A DNA stretch of 64,000 nucleotides, taken from positions 73,991-137,990 of the forward strand of contig CAZSKK010000002.1 in assembly GCA_964607415.1 (NCBI GenBank), in the 5' to 3' direction. How positions within the stretch are numbered: position 1 is the stretch's first letter; each line of letters opens with the position of its first letter. The notes under the pieces were generated by a model, which saw only the letters and a list, made by a program, of their open reading frames with translations, did no database searches and had not been told where the DNA came from. Position numbers and translations under genes: made by a program. Shown here one piece after another: positions 43,487 to 51,950 of this stretch. The stretch is from an uncultured Candidatus Saccharibacteria bacterium. GTDB lineage: Bacteria > Patescibacteriota > Dojkabacteria > J137.

Positions 43487-44356
43487 ATGCAGACTTCTCA
43501 AGAACTGATAGAAAATTTCGTACAATACTTGCGAAGAAAAAATAAGTCTCATTCAACTATTATTGCATACAAAAAAGATCTTGAGCAACTCGCAAGTTTA
43601 AATGTCAGAAAAAATCTAACTGAGTACACTGTTGATGATATAAAAAATGGGCTAAATTACCTAAGAACAGACAAGGGACTAACTTTAAAGACTGTTTCAA
43701 GAAAATTAAATAGTATTAGAACTTTTTATAAATATTTAGAAGCTAAGAACTTAATAAAAGATAATCCCAGCAAGAATGTTACTCACCCAAAGTTTCCACT
43801 AAAAAAACAAAGAGTTCTGTCAGAGATGGAGTGTCTTGCGCTTAAGGAAGTAAGCAGAGATAATGCAAGACTTTACGCAATGATTGAACTACTACTACAA
43901 ACCGGAATTAGAATAAGTGAATTATCGAATCTAAATTTGAAAGATGTGCAAAACAAAATTGGTGAACATTACCTTCACGTTGAAAAATATTCAAACAACC
44001 CTGAAAGAAGAGTTCCTTTAAACGATAAAATAAATAAAATCTTAGCTTCTTACATTGATTCTTTACCTAGAAAAACTCAAACTAGCCCACTATTCCCTAC
44101 ACGTAGTGGCAAAAATATGGAAATTAGAAACATTAGGAGCTCAATTGATAGGGCAATAATTAAAGCTAAGGTTAAAAATGCATGTGTAAACGATATTAGA
44201 AATACTTTTATCGTAAGGCAATTGGAAAATGGGATGTCTATTTCAAAATTAGCTGAAATTGTTGGCCACAGAAATATTCTTACAACGCAAAAATATATCC
44301 GTCTTCTTTCAAAAAAATACAAACCTACTGGAATAGATAAAGTGTGCGAGTTATAA
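43487..44356 (+). CDS. Tyrosine site-specific recombinase (XerC/XerD or phage-integrase family)
   Basis: 289 aa. N-terminal SAM-like core-binding domain. The catalytic domain has ...LLQTGIRISELSNLNLKDV... (box I R), ...DIRNTF..., and ...GHRNILTTQKYIRL (catalytic Y). It sits directly beside tRNA genes and tRNA fragments. Confidence 0.8.
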   Translation: MQTSQELIENFVQYLRRKNKSHSTIIAYKKDLEQLASLNVRKNLTEYTVDDIKNGLNYLRTDKGLTLKTVSRKLNSIRTFYKYLEAKNLIKDNPSKNVTHPKFPLKKQRVLSEMECLALKEVSRDNARLYAMIELLLQTGIRISELSNLNLKDVQNKIGEHYLHVEKYSNNPERRVPLNDKINKILASYIDSLPRKTQTSPLFPTRSGKNMEIRNIRSSIDRAIIKAKVKNACVNDIRNTFIVRQLENGMSISKLAEIVGHRNILTTQKYIRLLSKKYKPTGIDKVCEL

Positions 44357-44383
44357 TACTGAAGTTAATAATTCAGTACAGAT

Positions 44384-44402
44384 TTCTAGCTCAGCTGGTT
44401 AC
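44384..44402 (+). pseudogene. 5' tRNA fragment (acceptor plus D-arm-like: TTCTAGCTCAGCTGGTTA)
   Basis: Resembles the 5' end of the tRNA at 44473 but lacks the remainder of the cloverleaf. Confidence 0.4.
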
Positions 44403-44472
44403 TTGCCTTGCCGAAATGCATGGCATGCAGGCAGGTAGCACGGGTTCTTTAAAGAAGTTAGGTATTAAAAAT

Positions 44473-44546
44473 AGACCTGTAGCTCAGTTGGTTAGAGCAC
44501 GGTTCTTATAAAGCCGGGGTCCGTGGTTCGAGTCCACGCAGGTCTA
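44473..44546 (+). tRNA. tRNA-Ile (anticodon TAT; AUA-decoding)
   Basis: AGACCTG-TA-GCTC-AGTTGGTTA-GAGC-A-CGGTT-CTTATAA-AGCCG-GGGTC-CGTGG-TTCGAGT-CCACG-CAGGTCT-A. All stems pair and the anticodon is UAU. Confidence 0.6.
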
Positions 44547-44594
44547 TTTTTAATATCTTTACTTTAGAATTAAAGCTCGGGAACTCATTCGACA

Positions 44595-44645
44595 TGATAA
44601 TATCATGTCTCACGTGGTTCGAGTCCAAGTGGCCTACTTTGAATA
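44595..44645 (+). pseudogene. Palindromic hairpin (gacatgataatatcatgtc) followed by a 3'-half copy of the neighbouring tRNA T-arm/acceptor (att-like remnant)
   Basis: ...cacgtggttcgagtccaagtggcct... versus ...ccgtggttcgagtccacgcaggtct in the intact tRNA 50 nt upstream. Confidence 0.45.
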
Positions 44646-44650
44646 ACTTT

Positions 44651-47092
44651 TTAGAATCCAAATGAAGGCATTCCGAAAGGATTTGATTTTTCTTTCTCCT
44701 CTTCTTTTATAAATGTACCTCTTAGCTTAACTTCATTTTCAATAATATTTCTATCCTTGCCGTATTTGAGTCTTGAAATCTGTTTAATTATATCTGAAAG
44801 CTCTGGATTTGGTGATGTAATCATACCAAATGGAGATTGATCATACATTGAAGTAATGGAGAATGGTGGTGTTGGCTTACCATCCACAAGCATTTTTATA
44901 AATGCATTTCTGTTTTCTACTTGAATTAAATCATTTCTCGTAAATGCCCCTTCAAACTCCTTTTCTAAAAATTCTGCATCATCAACCCCAACTCTGAATA
45001 CAGCCTTATTACCAACGTTTCCAAAAATAGCATCTCTAATTTTTGTATCCCCTCCAGTTCTTGTCAGCTGTCCTATAAACTGATGGCCTATCGTTAAAGA
45101 TAATTTGTACTTTCTAGCTTCCGACAAAATAATCATAATTCCATCAGTCAAGAAGTTTTGGAACTCATCTATGTACAAAAAGAACGGTTTTCTTTGACTT
45201 TCAGAAACACTTTCACGGCCAAGACCTGCAACCAGTAACTTACCTATTAAAATCATACCCAATAGATTTGCATTGAAGTCTCCAATTTTACCCTTTGAAA
45301 GCTTAGCCAAAAGAATTTTCCCATCATCCATAATATTTCTGAAATTTACTGTAGAATTTTGTTGAGCCACTATTGGTCTTACATAGGCATTTGACAAGAA
45401 ACTTGCAAGTTTTGAAGTAATGTATGGCGTCATATTCTTAAGTGATGCTTCTCCTCCTGCTTTTTCAGCCTGTTTTTTCCAGAAGTCAATAACTTCCTGG
45501 TCATCACACTTGGAAAGTTTATAAGCTCTATAGCCATCATCTGCAAAAATTTTAGGTATTTCTAGAAGTGTTGAGCCCGATTCTTTATCGGCGGTTAAAA
45601 GTAAGATTCCGTATCTCATATACTGCTCAAAAATAGGACCTCCAGTTTTTTTCAAATCGTATAGTGTATCAAAAATATTTAGCATTTCGTTAATTACAAG
45701 AGTTTTTTCTGCTTCAGTGTTGAATTCGAGCATGTTCAGGCCAATTGGTCTTTCAAGATCCGCTGGGTCAAAAACAACAACATCTTCGACTCTCTCTGGT
45801 GGTATTTGTTCCATTATCCTTTCTACATCAGTACCATGTGGGTCAATATAGGCACACCCATGCCCCATTTTTATATCCCTGATCATCATGCTGCTCATAA
45901 AATATGATTTACCAGAACCTGTCTGCCCAATAATGTACATATGCCTCAACCTATCATCAGGCTTAATAAAGATTTCCTTGGTTTTTCCTCTAAAAATGTT
46001 TCTCCCCATATACATGTAATCCTGTTGATATGCAGTTGTTACAAAATCCGCAGCTGGCATTTTGCTAGATAAAAGCCATTGTATGTGGGGAGTTGTTATT
46101 AGCTTGTTAGGGAAATGAAAAAGTGTCGCAAGCTCCGATGAGTTTAAAATCATAGACTCCCTTGGCAATCTGTACACAAAATCCTTTGTTATTTTCTTTA
46201 ATTTCTTTTTATCGACTTTCTTAAATCTATTGCCCCCTTCTTTTGTAAACTGATCAAAAGTACTAAGAATATTAGAAAGATGAGTGTTTGCTGACCCTTC
46301 CATATCGGAAACCACCACTACGCGCACGTCTGTTTGAAACCCAGATTTGCTTGCTTTCACATCGATCATTTCAAGAGTGTCTTCATTCACCTTGACCTTA
46401 CCCTTGTTATCGGGGTCACTCATCTTTTCTTTTATTTTTCTGATATAGTCTTTTGAATCATTTCGCCAGCTTGACCCTGCCGGGGTTATTACAACCTGAT
46501 ATGCGGCAGCTTCGTTTGATTGAAGCTTACTGAAAGCATCTAAAAGTGTAGCAAGAGGATCTACAGGAAGCTCTTCGTAATTTCTGACCGGTAATCTTGA
46601 TTCTTTATCTAATGTAAGTGCAGCAAAAGCAACAGATGCATCATCAGGGAATAAATTGTACTCTTTTACTCTATTAATTTCTGCCTCAGGATAATTACCA
46701 TTAATTTGCCTATCAACAAGATTCGCAATTTTTTCAGGGCAAACCACAAAAAACCTTATATTATCTTTGAACGCAACAATTTCAAAACTTACGAAAGTTT
46801 GGGCATCTAAATATTTTTGAAGTCTTTTTAATTTCTTCCCGATTCCAGTTAATCCTGTAAACATTTGGTCGGCAGCCTTAATCTCAATTTCATTATCTTG
46901 TGGTAATTTAACTTCAAAGTAAGCAAGGCCCAAAGATTTTTTCAAAGAAGACTTTTCTTTTATATTCTTTAGAAACTCCTTAAAAAGTCTTATTGCTAAA
47001 ATTGATATACCTGCAAGTACGACAACAACAGCTAGGATTGTTATCAAAAAACTTGCTATTGCATTTGTATCTACTGAAGGAGCATCGATCAT
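44651..47092 (-). CDS. Membrane-anchored FtsK/HerA-superfamily ATPase of type-IV-secretion type (VirD4/TraG-like, or a VirB3-VirB4-like fusion)
   Basis: 813 aa. N-terminal TM, Walker A IIGQTGSGKSY followed by IDPHGTD, Walker B FFLYIDEFQNF, then ...EARKYKLSLTIGHQFIGQL...AIFGNVGNKAVFRV..., the DEF/R-K-Y-G/HQ..QL motif series of conjugative coupling/transfer ATPases. Confidence 0.6.
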   Translation of the reverse strand: MIDAPSVDTNAIASFLITILAVVVVLAGISILAIRLFKEFLKNIKEKSSLKKSLGLAYFEVKLPQDNEIEIKAADQMFTGLTGIGKKLKRLQKYLDAQTFVSFEIVAFKDNIRFFVVCPEKIANLVDRQINGNYPEAEINRVKEYNLFPDDASVAFAALTLDKESRLPVRNYEELPVDPLATLLDAFSKLQSNEAAAYQVVITPAGSSWRNDSKDYIRKIKEKMSDPDNKGKVKVNEDTLEMIDVKASKSGFQTDVRVVVVSDMEGSANTHLSNILSTFDQFTKEGGNRFKKVDKKKLKKITKDFVYRLPRESMILNSSELATLFHFPNKLITTPHIQWLLSSKMPAADFVTTAYQQDYMYMGRNIFRGKTKEIFIKPDDRLRHMYIIGQTGSGKSYFMSSMMIRDIKMGHGCAYIDPHGTDVERIMEQIPPERVEDVVVFDPADLERPIGLNMLEFNTEAEKTLVINEMLNIFDTLYDLKKTGGPIFEQYMRYGILLLTADKESGSTLLEIPKIFADDGYRAYKLSKCDDQEVIDFWKKQAEKAGGEASLKNMTPYITSKLASFLSNAYVRPIVAQQNSTVNFRNIMDDGKILLAKLSKGKIGDFNANLLGMILIGKLLVAGLGRESVSESQRKPFFLYIDEFQNFLTDGIMIILSEARKYKLSLTIGHQFIGQLTRTGGDTKIRDAIFGNVGNKAVFRVGVDDAEFLEKEFEGAFTRNDLIQVENRNAFIKMLVDGKPTPPFSITSMYDQSPFGMITSPNPELSDIIKQISRLKYGKDRNIIENEVKLRGTFIKEEEKEKSNPFGMPSFGF

Positions 47093-47140
47093 TATTTAGA
47101 ATTAAGATTCATTAATTAACAATAGTTTCAACTAAGGCCG

Positions 47141-47689
47141 CTAGAGCTTTCCTGCCTTCATTTCATTTAAAAACTTTTCGAATTGAATAGCAAGCCACTT
47201 ATTTGATGCTGTATCTGATTGTTTTTTATTTTGCTCTATAAAGTTTAGGGTCTGGGCAATATCTGTAGGATCAAAATTTTTAGGTTTAAATCCATCGCCA
47301 TAAGGCAAAGGCTTTGGCTTTACTATTACAGGTGCAGGAACAGTGCCTTGCACGGCTTGGGTTTGCTGCTGAGACTGATTTTGCTGAGATTCAATGTTCG
47401 ATTCAGGTTTTTTAATATCAAGGCTATGCTCCAAGGTCGACTCCAAAGATTTTTCAGGAGTAGATTGTGGCATTTGTGGTACAGATTCTATTGATCCAGA
47501 AGAGCTACTACTTACCTTTGTTTGCTCAATTTGATTTTTAACAAAGTTATAAGCAACATCTAAAGGTACAACCTGTCCATTAGGTGCATAAACCAAGGGT
47601 GCTCCATTTTCATCATTGCCAAAATAATTAAACCCGAATTGAGACAGTGTTTTTAGAATTTCTTGTATATTTGGATTTTGCGGATTCAT
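47141..47689 (-). CDS. Hypothetical protein with a low-complexity Ser/Gln/Pro-rich centre
   Basis: 182 aa with no recognisable domain. Sits between smpB and the ATPase. Confidence 0.3.
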   Translation of the reverse strand: MNPQNPNIQEILKTLSQFGFNYFGNDENGAPLVYAPNGQVVPLDVAYNFVKNQIEQTKVSSSSSGSIESVPQMPQSTPEKSLESTLEHSLDIKKPESNIESQQNQSQQQTQAVQGTVPAPVIVKPKPLPYGDGFKPKNFDPTDIAQTLNFIEQNKKQSDTASNKWLAIQFEKFLNEMKAGKL

Positions 47690-47766
47690 TTATTAACTTA
47701 TTTAGTTATAAAAGTTTTTAATATTCCAACGTTAAAAAGTTAAATCCTTTTAACTTTTAAACTTTC

Positions 47767-48222
47767 TTATATTCCGTATTTCTTTCTATCCATATCAATA
47801 TTTCTTTTAATATCACGTTCCTTTAGCTTTGCTCTCTTATCAAATTTTTTTAAACCTTTTGCAATTCCAACTTCGACTTTGATTAGATTATTATCTTTTA
47901 TATAAACCATTAGTGGAACTACTGTTAGCCCAGGCACCTTAATTGCTTCACGAATTTTTGCCATTTCTTTTCTTTTTAGCAGTAATTTTCTATCTCTCTT
48001 TACTTCAGCTAAAGTCTTTTCCCCAGCAAATCTTAACGGATTAACTTGAGAACCAAGAAGAAAAATTTCTTCTTTTTTTTCTTTTATATAGCTACTTTTA
48101 AGATTAATTCGGGATTCTTTTATAGATTTAACTTCCCACCCTTGAAGTACAATTCCAGCCTCAAATTTATCTAATATTTCAAAACTAGCATAAGCTTTTT
48201 TATTATTTGCAACTATTTTCAT
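47767..48222 (-). CDS. smpB: SsrA-binding protein SmpB
   Basis: 151 aa, ...[27 protein letters not shown]...[28 protein letters not shown].... Confidence 0.9.
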   Translation of the reverse strand: [151 protein letters not shown]

Positions 48223-48225
48223 TAC

Positions 48226-50712
48226 TTAAAAATCTAATCTGATAACCTTCGTTCCATCTAATACATATATCTTTCTTGAAGCTTCATTAATTACTACTTC
48301 TTCAAGGCTAGAGAACATGTTTTCAGACCCTTTGTAAACAAACTGCTTAACAAATTTCATAGACTTCTGTTCGTTATCTTGAATCTCAAATAATAAGACC
48401 CTTTTATTTTTACCATCAGCAACAACCATAAAATTCTCAGACACATCAAAACTGGTAGCAGAATTCATTGCAGTATAATCTGAGCTAACAAGACCACTAA
48501 AGGTGTCTTGGGTAATAGTATTATCGCCTCCCCCAAGGTATCTTCTAATACCTTTTCCTGAAATCAAAACGTATATTTCGTAAGGTGTTGCAATATCTAT
48601 AGCATTCGCAAGTTCAGGATCTGTTTTCCAATTAGGTGGATTTGTTGCGACATACAGAACACCTCCGCCAACAAACTCATTACCATTCCTATCTCTTTTG
48701 AAAATTTGTTGATGATTTTGATGAATTTCGTAAATTGCTTGGTTGCCTTCAAATACTGAGGCTTCAACAACTTTTCCAATAATTGCCTGAGCCGTACCAT
48801 TAATTCGAGTAAGCGAGTTCGATTGACCTTCTTTAAACCTACCTACTGATGCCGTTTGATCATTATCAAAAACTAGAATATCATTTGAAGGCTCCCTCAC
48901 TAGGAACATTGGTTGGCTTAAGCCTGTAATGTGTTCTTGTGCAGTTGAACCTAAATTTACACCTGTTTTGTATACAACATTTCTGGTTTTATCAGATATG
49001 AATAGGTTACCGTTAGAATATTCTAGATCCGAAAGACTTGCATTAGGAAATACTTTTCCAACATCAACAATTATCTGAGGTTCGGTAATACCATCAACTA
49101 AAAGTAGCTCATCTTTTTCTGTGCCTACCCGTCCGATTATCGTATCTAGCCTATCAGTAAATAAATCTTCTTTCTTTTGAGTTTCAGCACTAGATGCTAG
49201 ATTATTCAAACTTGCAAGAACAAGATTTTTTCTTTGTTCACCTTCATTTTTAGCAGTATCAACTTGTTGAGAAAGACTTTGCAATTGAAGTTCTAAGTTG
49301 GAAACTGCATTTTCAGCTTCATTAACTCTCCTCTTTTCTGCCCTATCACTTTGAGCTTTCCTGATACCAAAAAATAAAACTATAACTAAAATTACGGTTA
49401 CAATAATTAATAATCTTCTATTTCTTTTTAACTTGGAGCCTCGCAAATAGATATCTCTTCTATCACCCGTTCCTACAATTTGGGTCTTAAAAAAAGAGTA
49501 AATCTTGTTTGCTACTAAAGATATTTTGGCAGAAATGATGTTAATAATATGTGCATAAGTTTTCTTGTTATTTTTGAAATGAGCTTTTACTTTTCCATTC
49601 CAAACACCAGAGACCCCGGACGCGGCCTTCTTTGAAAAAATTTCAATTTTACCTGTAGATTCGCGTCCATATACATTATCTTCCAACAACGCTTCATCAT
49701 TTTCATACAAATCTTCCTTTTTGGACATTCTTGGAAGATCATCATCATATTCAAATTCATCATCATCTTCTTCTTCACGGTTTCTGAAGCTTTTGGCTTT
49801 ATCGATAAGGTTAGATGATTTTATTTTTACAGTAGCTTTTAAAGTTCGTAACTTTGAAGTCCATTTGGATTTCAGCGAAATATCCTGAGCATCCTCATCT
49901 ACTTCTAATGCCTCTTCATCTTCAATTACATCTAGTTGTTCTGCATCATTTTTGTCTATTTCAACTGAAGAATGATCAAAACTGTTTGCAATATTTTTTT
50001 CTAAATCATCGTCGTGTTCTATGTCATCGCTTCTTACATCTTCGAGCTCTTGTACAAAAGGCATTTCCCATGACTGCTCTTCATCGCCAATCATTAAAAA
50101 CGCCCATCCGATCTTTGCTTTAATTTCATCCAGCGAGATCAAATTTTTATCATTCATTACTTTTTCAACAAGACTACTTCCGTCTTGCGCCACTTTTGAA
50201 GTTGCCAATGCAACAAGATCTGTTGATTCCAATTCTAGGCTTCCACTTTTCATAAAGCCGCTTTGCGCAGCATCAATCAAAACTTTTGATATTTCAATTG
50301 TTTTTTCACCACGCTTTACGTAAATCTTACTTTCTCCAATTACCAGTGCATACATAATATTTCCTACTATAACGCACACCGCCATTTCTAAATCTAATCC
50401 TTCTTTCAAAATATCTTCCTCTCGAGATAAGACAAAGTCCATTTTAGACTTCATTGACCAAACAGCATTTTCAAGCCTAGCAAGAATCTCGCTTTCCTCT
50501 GAAGAATCATAGTAAGCATTTTGAAGCTCATCAACCATTATTTTAGCAACAGGCTCTACATTTACGTCTTTGGCTGTTGTTTTTAAACGTGTTACAGCAA
50601 AAATGTCCCCAAGTCTTTCATGGATTTCAAGCTCCTTAGGGATATAACCGTAAATGCCAGCCCAGTCATAACCCAGTAATTTTCCAAATGTAAATTCAGT
50701 TCGTAAGTTCAT
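48226..50712 (-). CDS. Large bitopic membrane protein with an N-terminal cytoplasmic domain, acidic linker, TM, coiled coil and a C-terminal beta-propeller-like extracytoplasmic domain
   Basis: 828 aa. Has a DE-rich stretch (...EDEEALEVDEDAQD..., ...EEEDDDEFEYDDD...), the TM LLIIVTVILVIVLFFGI, a coiled coil (...NLELQLQSLSQQVDTAKNEGEQ...), and then beta-rich repeats. Confidence 0.4.
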   Translation of the reverse strand: MNLRTEFTFGKLLGYDWAGIYGYIPKELEIHERLGDIFAVTRLKTTAKDVNVEPVAKIMVDELQNAYYDSSEESEILARLENAVWSMKSKMDFVLSREEDILKEGLDLEMAVCVIVGNIMYALVIGESKIYVKRGEKTIEISKVLIDAAQSGFMKSGSLELESTDLVALATSKVAQDGSSLVEKVMNDKNLISLDEIKAKIGWAFLMIGDEEQSWEMPFVQELEDVRSDDIEHDDDLEKNIANSFDHSSVEIDKNDAEQLDVIEDEEALEVDEDAQDISLKSKWTSKLRTLKATVKIKSSNLIDKAKSFRNREEEDDDEFEYDDDLPRMSKKEDLYENDEALLEDNVYGRESTGKIEIFSKKAASGVSGVWNGKVKAHFKNNKKTYAHIINIISAKISLVANKIYSFFKTQIVGTGDRRDIYLRGSKLKRNRRLLIIVTVILVIVLFFGIRKAQSDRAEKRRVNEAENAVSNLELQLQSLSQQVDTAKNEGEQRKNLVLASLNNLASSAETQKKEDLFTDRLDTIIGRVGTEKDELLLVDGITEPQIIVDVGKVFPNASLSDLEYSNGNLFISDKTRNVVYKTGVNLGSTAQEHITGLSQPMFLVREPSNDILVFDNDQTASVGRFKEGQSNSLTRINGTAQAIIGKVVEASVFEGNQAIYEIHQNHQQIFKRDRNGNEFVGGGVLYVATNPPNWKTDPELANAIDIATPYEIYVLISGKGIRRYLGGGDNTITQDTFSGLVSSDYTAMNSATSFDVSENFMVVADGKNKRVLLFEIQDNEQKSMKFVKQFVYKGSENMFSSLEEVVINEASRKIYVLDGTKVIRLDF

Positions 50713-50841
50713 AAGATATAAAGTTACAGATTTTAGATTTATTGGCGAAGGTCAATAGCTAATAGTCCATGAAAGACTTAAGTAATTAGGATAAACTATC
50801 GACTATTCACACTAACTTAGTATATCAAAAATTTTGGTGTT

Positions 50842-51057
50842 TTAGGCTAAAATGAATATCGCCAGAATAATTGTCAACACAACTATATAAAAATTTGTGA
50901 AGAATGTGAAGAAGAAAGAATTCTTAGTTCTTAGCTCGCGATTCATCTTTGTCATATCAAGGTATAGTTTAAAACCTAAAAGCAAATGCCCTAAAGCGAA
51001 AATTATCGCTCCAATCTTAACTAATTCTAAAACTTCAGGTAATACAAGATTTTCCAT
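50842..51057 (-). CDS. Small 2-TM membrane protein
   Basis: 71 aa, two hydrophobic helices. Its start overlaps the stop of the upstream gene by 1 nt, suggesting translational coupling. Confidence 0.3.
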   Translation of the reverse strand: MENLVLPEVLELVKIGAIIFALGHLLLGFKLYLDMTKMNRELRTKNSFFFTFFTNFYIVVLTIILAIFILA

Positions 51058-51806
51058 TATTGAATTTTTCTAACAATATTTCTTAAGTCCAAAATTGTAT
51101 CTCTAATTTGAGTCGGCTTTGGAACGGATTTAAACATAACTTGACCTGTCCTGGATGCCGTTAGAATTCGAATATCCCCATAATTAAATATCGACTGAAA
51201 GATTCCACTTGCACCAGTTTCTTTGACATCTTCAATATTTTCTAGGGCTGCTTCCGTAACTGTATAGGAGAAAAAGGGCTTAAACTCATAACTTAGCATT
51301 CTTTCGTTTGTAACTATATAAGGATCAAAATACCAATCAAAAAATTCTTTTACCAGATTGGTAAATATTACTGAATAGAAAGCTAAAAGTATTAAAAAAA
51401 TACCTTTAGGTGTAAATACTTCATTAAACTCAATATTTAATAAGTTCAATATAAAAATAAAGATTGGTGGAACCAAACTATAGCCTAAATTTCTAATTAT
51501 CCAGCTTATATTTGTAATCCAATGCCTTCTAACTAGAACATAAACTTTTTCTCCTTTATTCTGTGTTGCAAATCGAACATGTGAAGGTCTGTATTCTACA
51601 CTTCCCCAAGAAGATCCTTTATGTTGCGGAACAGCTCTGTTAATCTCTCTAAGGCCTATGGTTTTACTTGAATTAGGCAACATCTGTGGTGCAGGTATTC
51701 CTCCAGGAGATGATACTGGAATTGGCGCATAAGAAGGATATGGTTGATTTATTCTGGGTTGAACTGGTTGTGGTTGAATATTAGGATTGTAAGGTTGATT
51801 ATTCAT
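51057..51806 (-). CDS. Membrane protein with a Pro/Gln-rich N-terminus, two TM helices and a C-terminal soluble domain
   Basis: 249 aa. MNNQPYNPNIQPQPVQPRINQPYPSYAPIP..., then the TM pair, then a PH-like beta-rich C-terminus. Confidence 0.35.
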   Translation of the reverse strand: MNNQPYNPNIQPQPVQPRINQPYPSYAPIPVSSPGGIPAPQMLPNSSKTIGLREINRAVPQHKGSSWGSVEYRPSHVRFATQNKGEKVYVLVRRHWITNISWIIRNLGYSLVPPIFIFILNLLNIEFNEVFTPKGIFLILLAFYSVIFTNLVKEFFDWYFDPYIVTNERMLSYEFKPFFSYTVTEAALENIEDVKETGASGIFQSIFNYGDIRILTASRTGQVMFKSVPKPTQIRDTILDLRNIVRKIQ

Positions 51807-51950
51807 TTAGGTTGAGTGTTTTTATCTGTTCGAATTTTAGCACATTTAGCTTCACCCTGTCCTGAGACAACATACTATGTTGTCGAATGGAGCTGATTAA
51901 TACTCGATAGGATAATATCCTATCTCGGGGTGGCTGCAGGCCGGGTGAGG

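Noticed and set aside
43487-44356. Calling the recombinase a prophage integrase and the downstream cluster a prophage.
   Set aside because: No capsid, terminase, portal or tail genes are present. The protein is XerC/D-sized and could be the chromosomal dimer-resolution recombinase. The cluster instead has secretion/pilus-like content.
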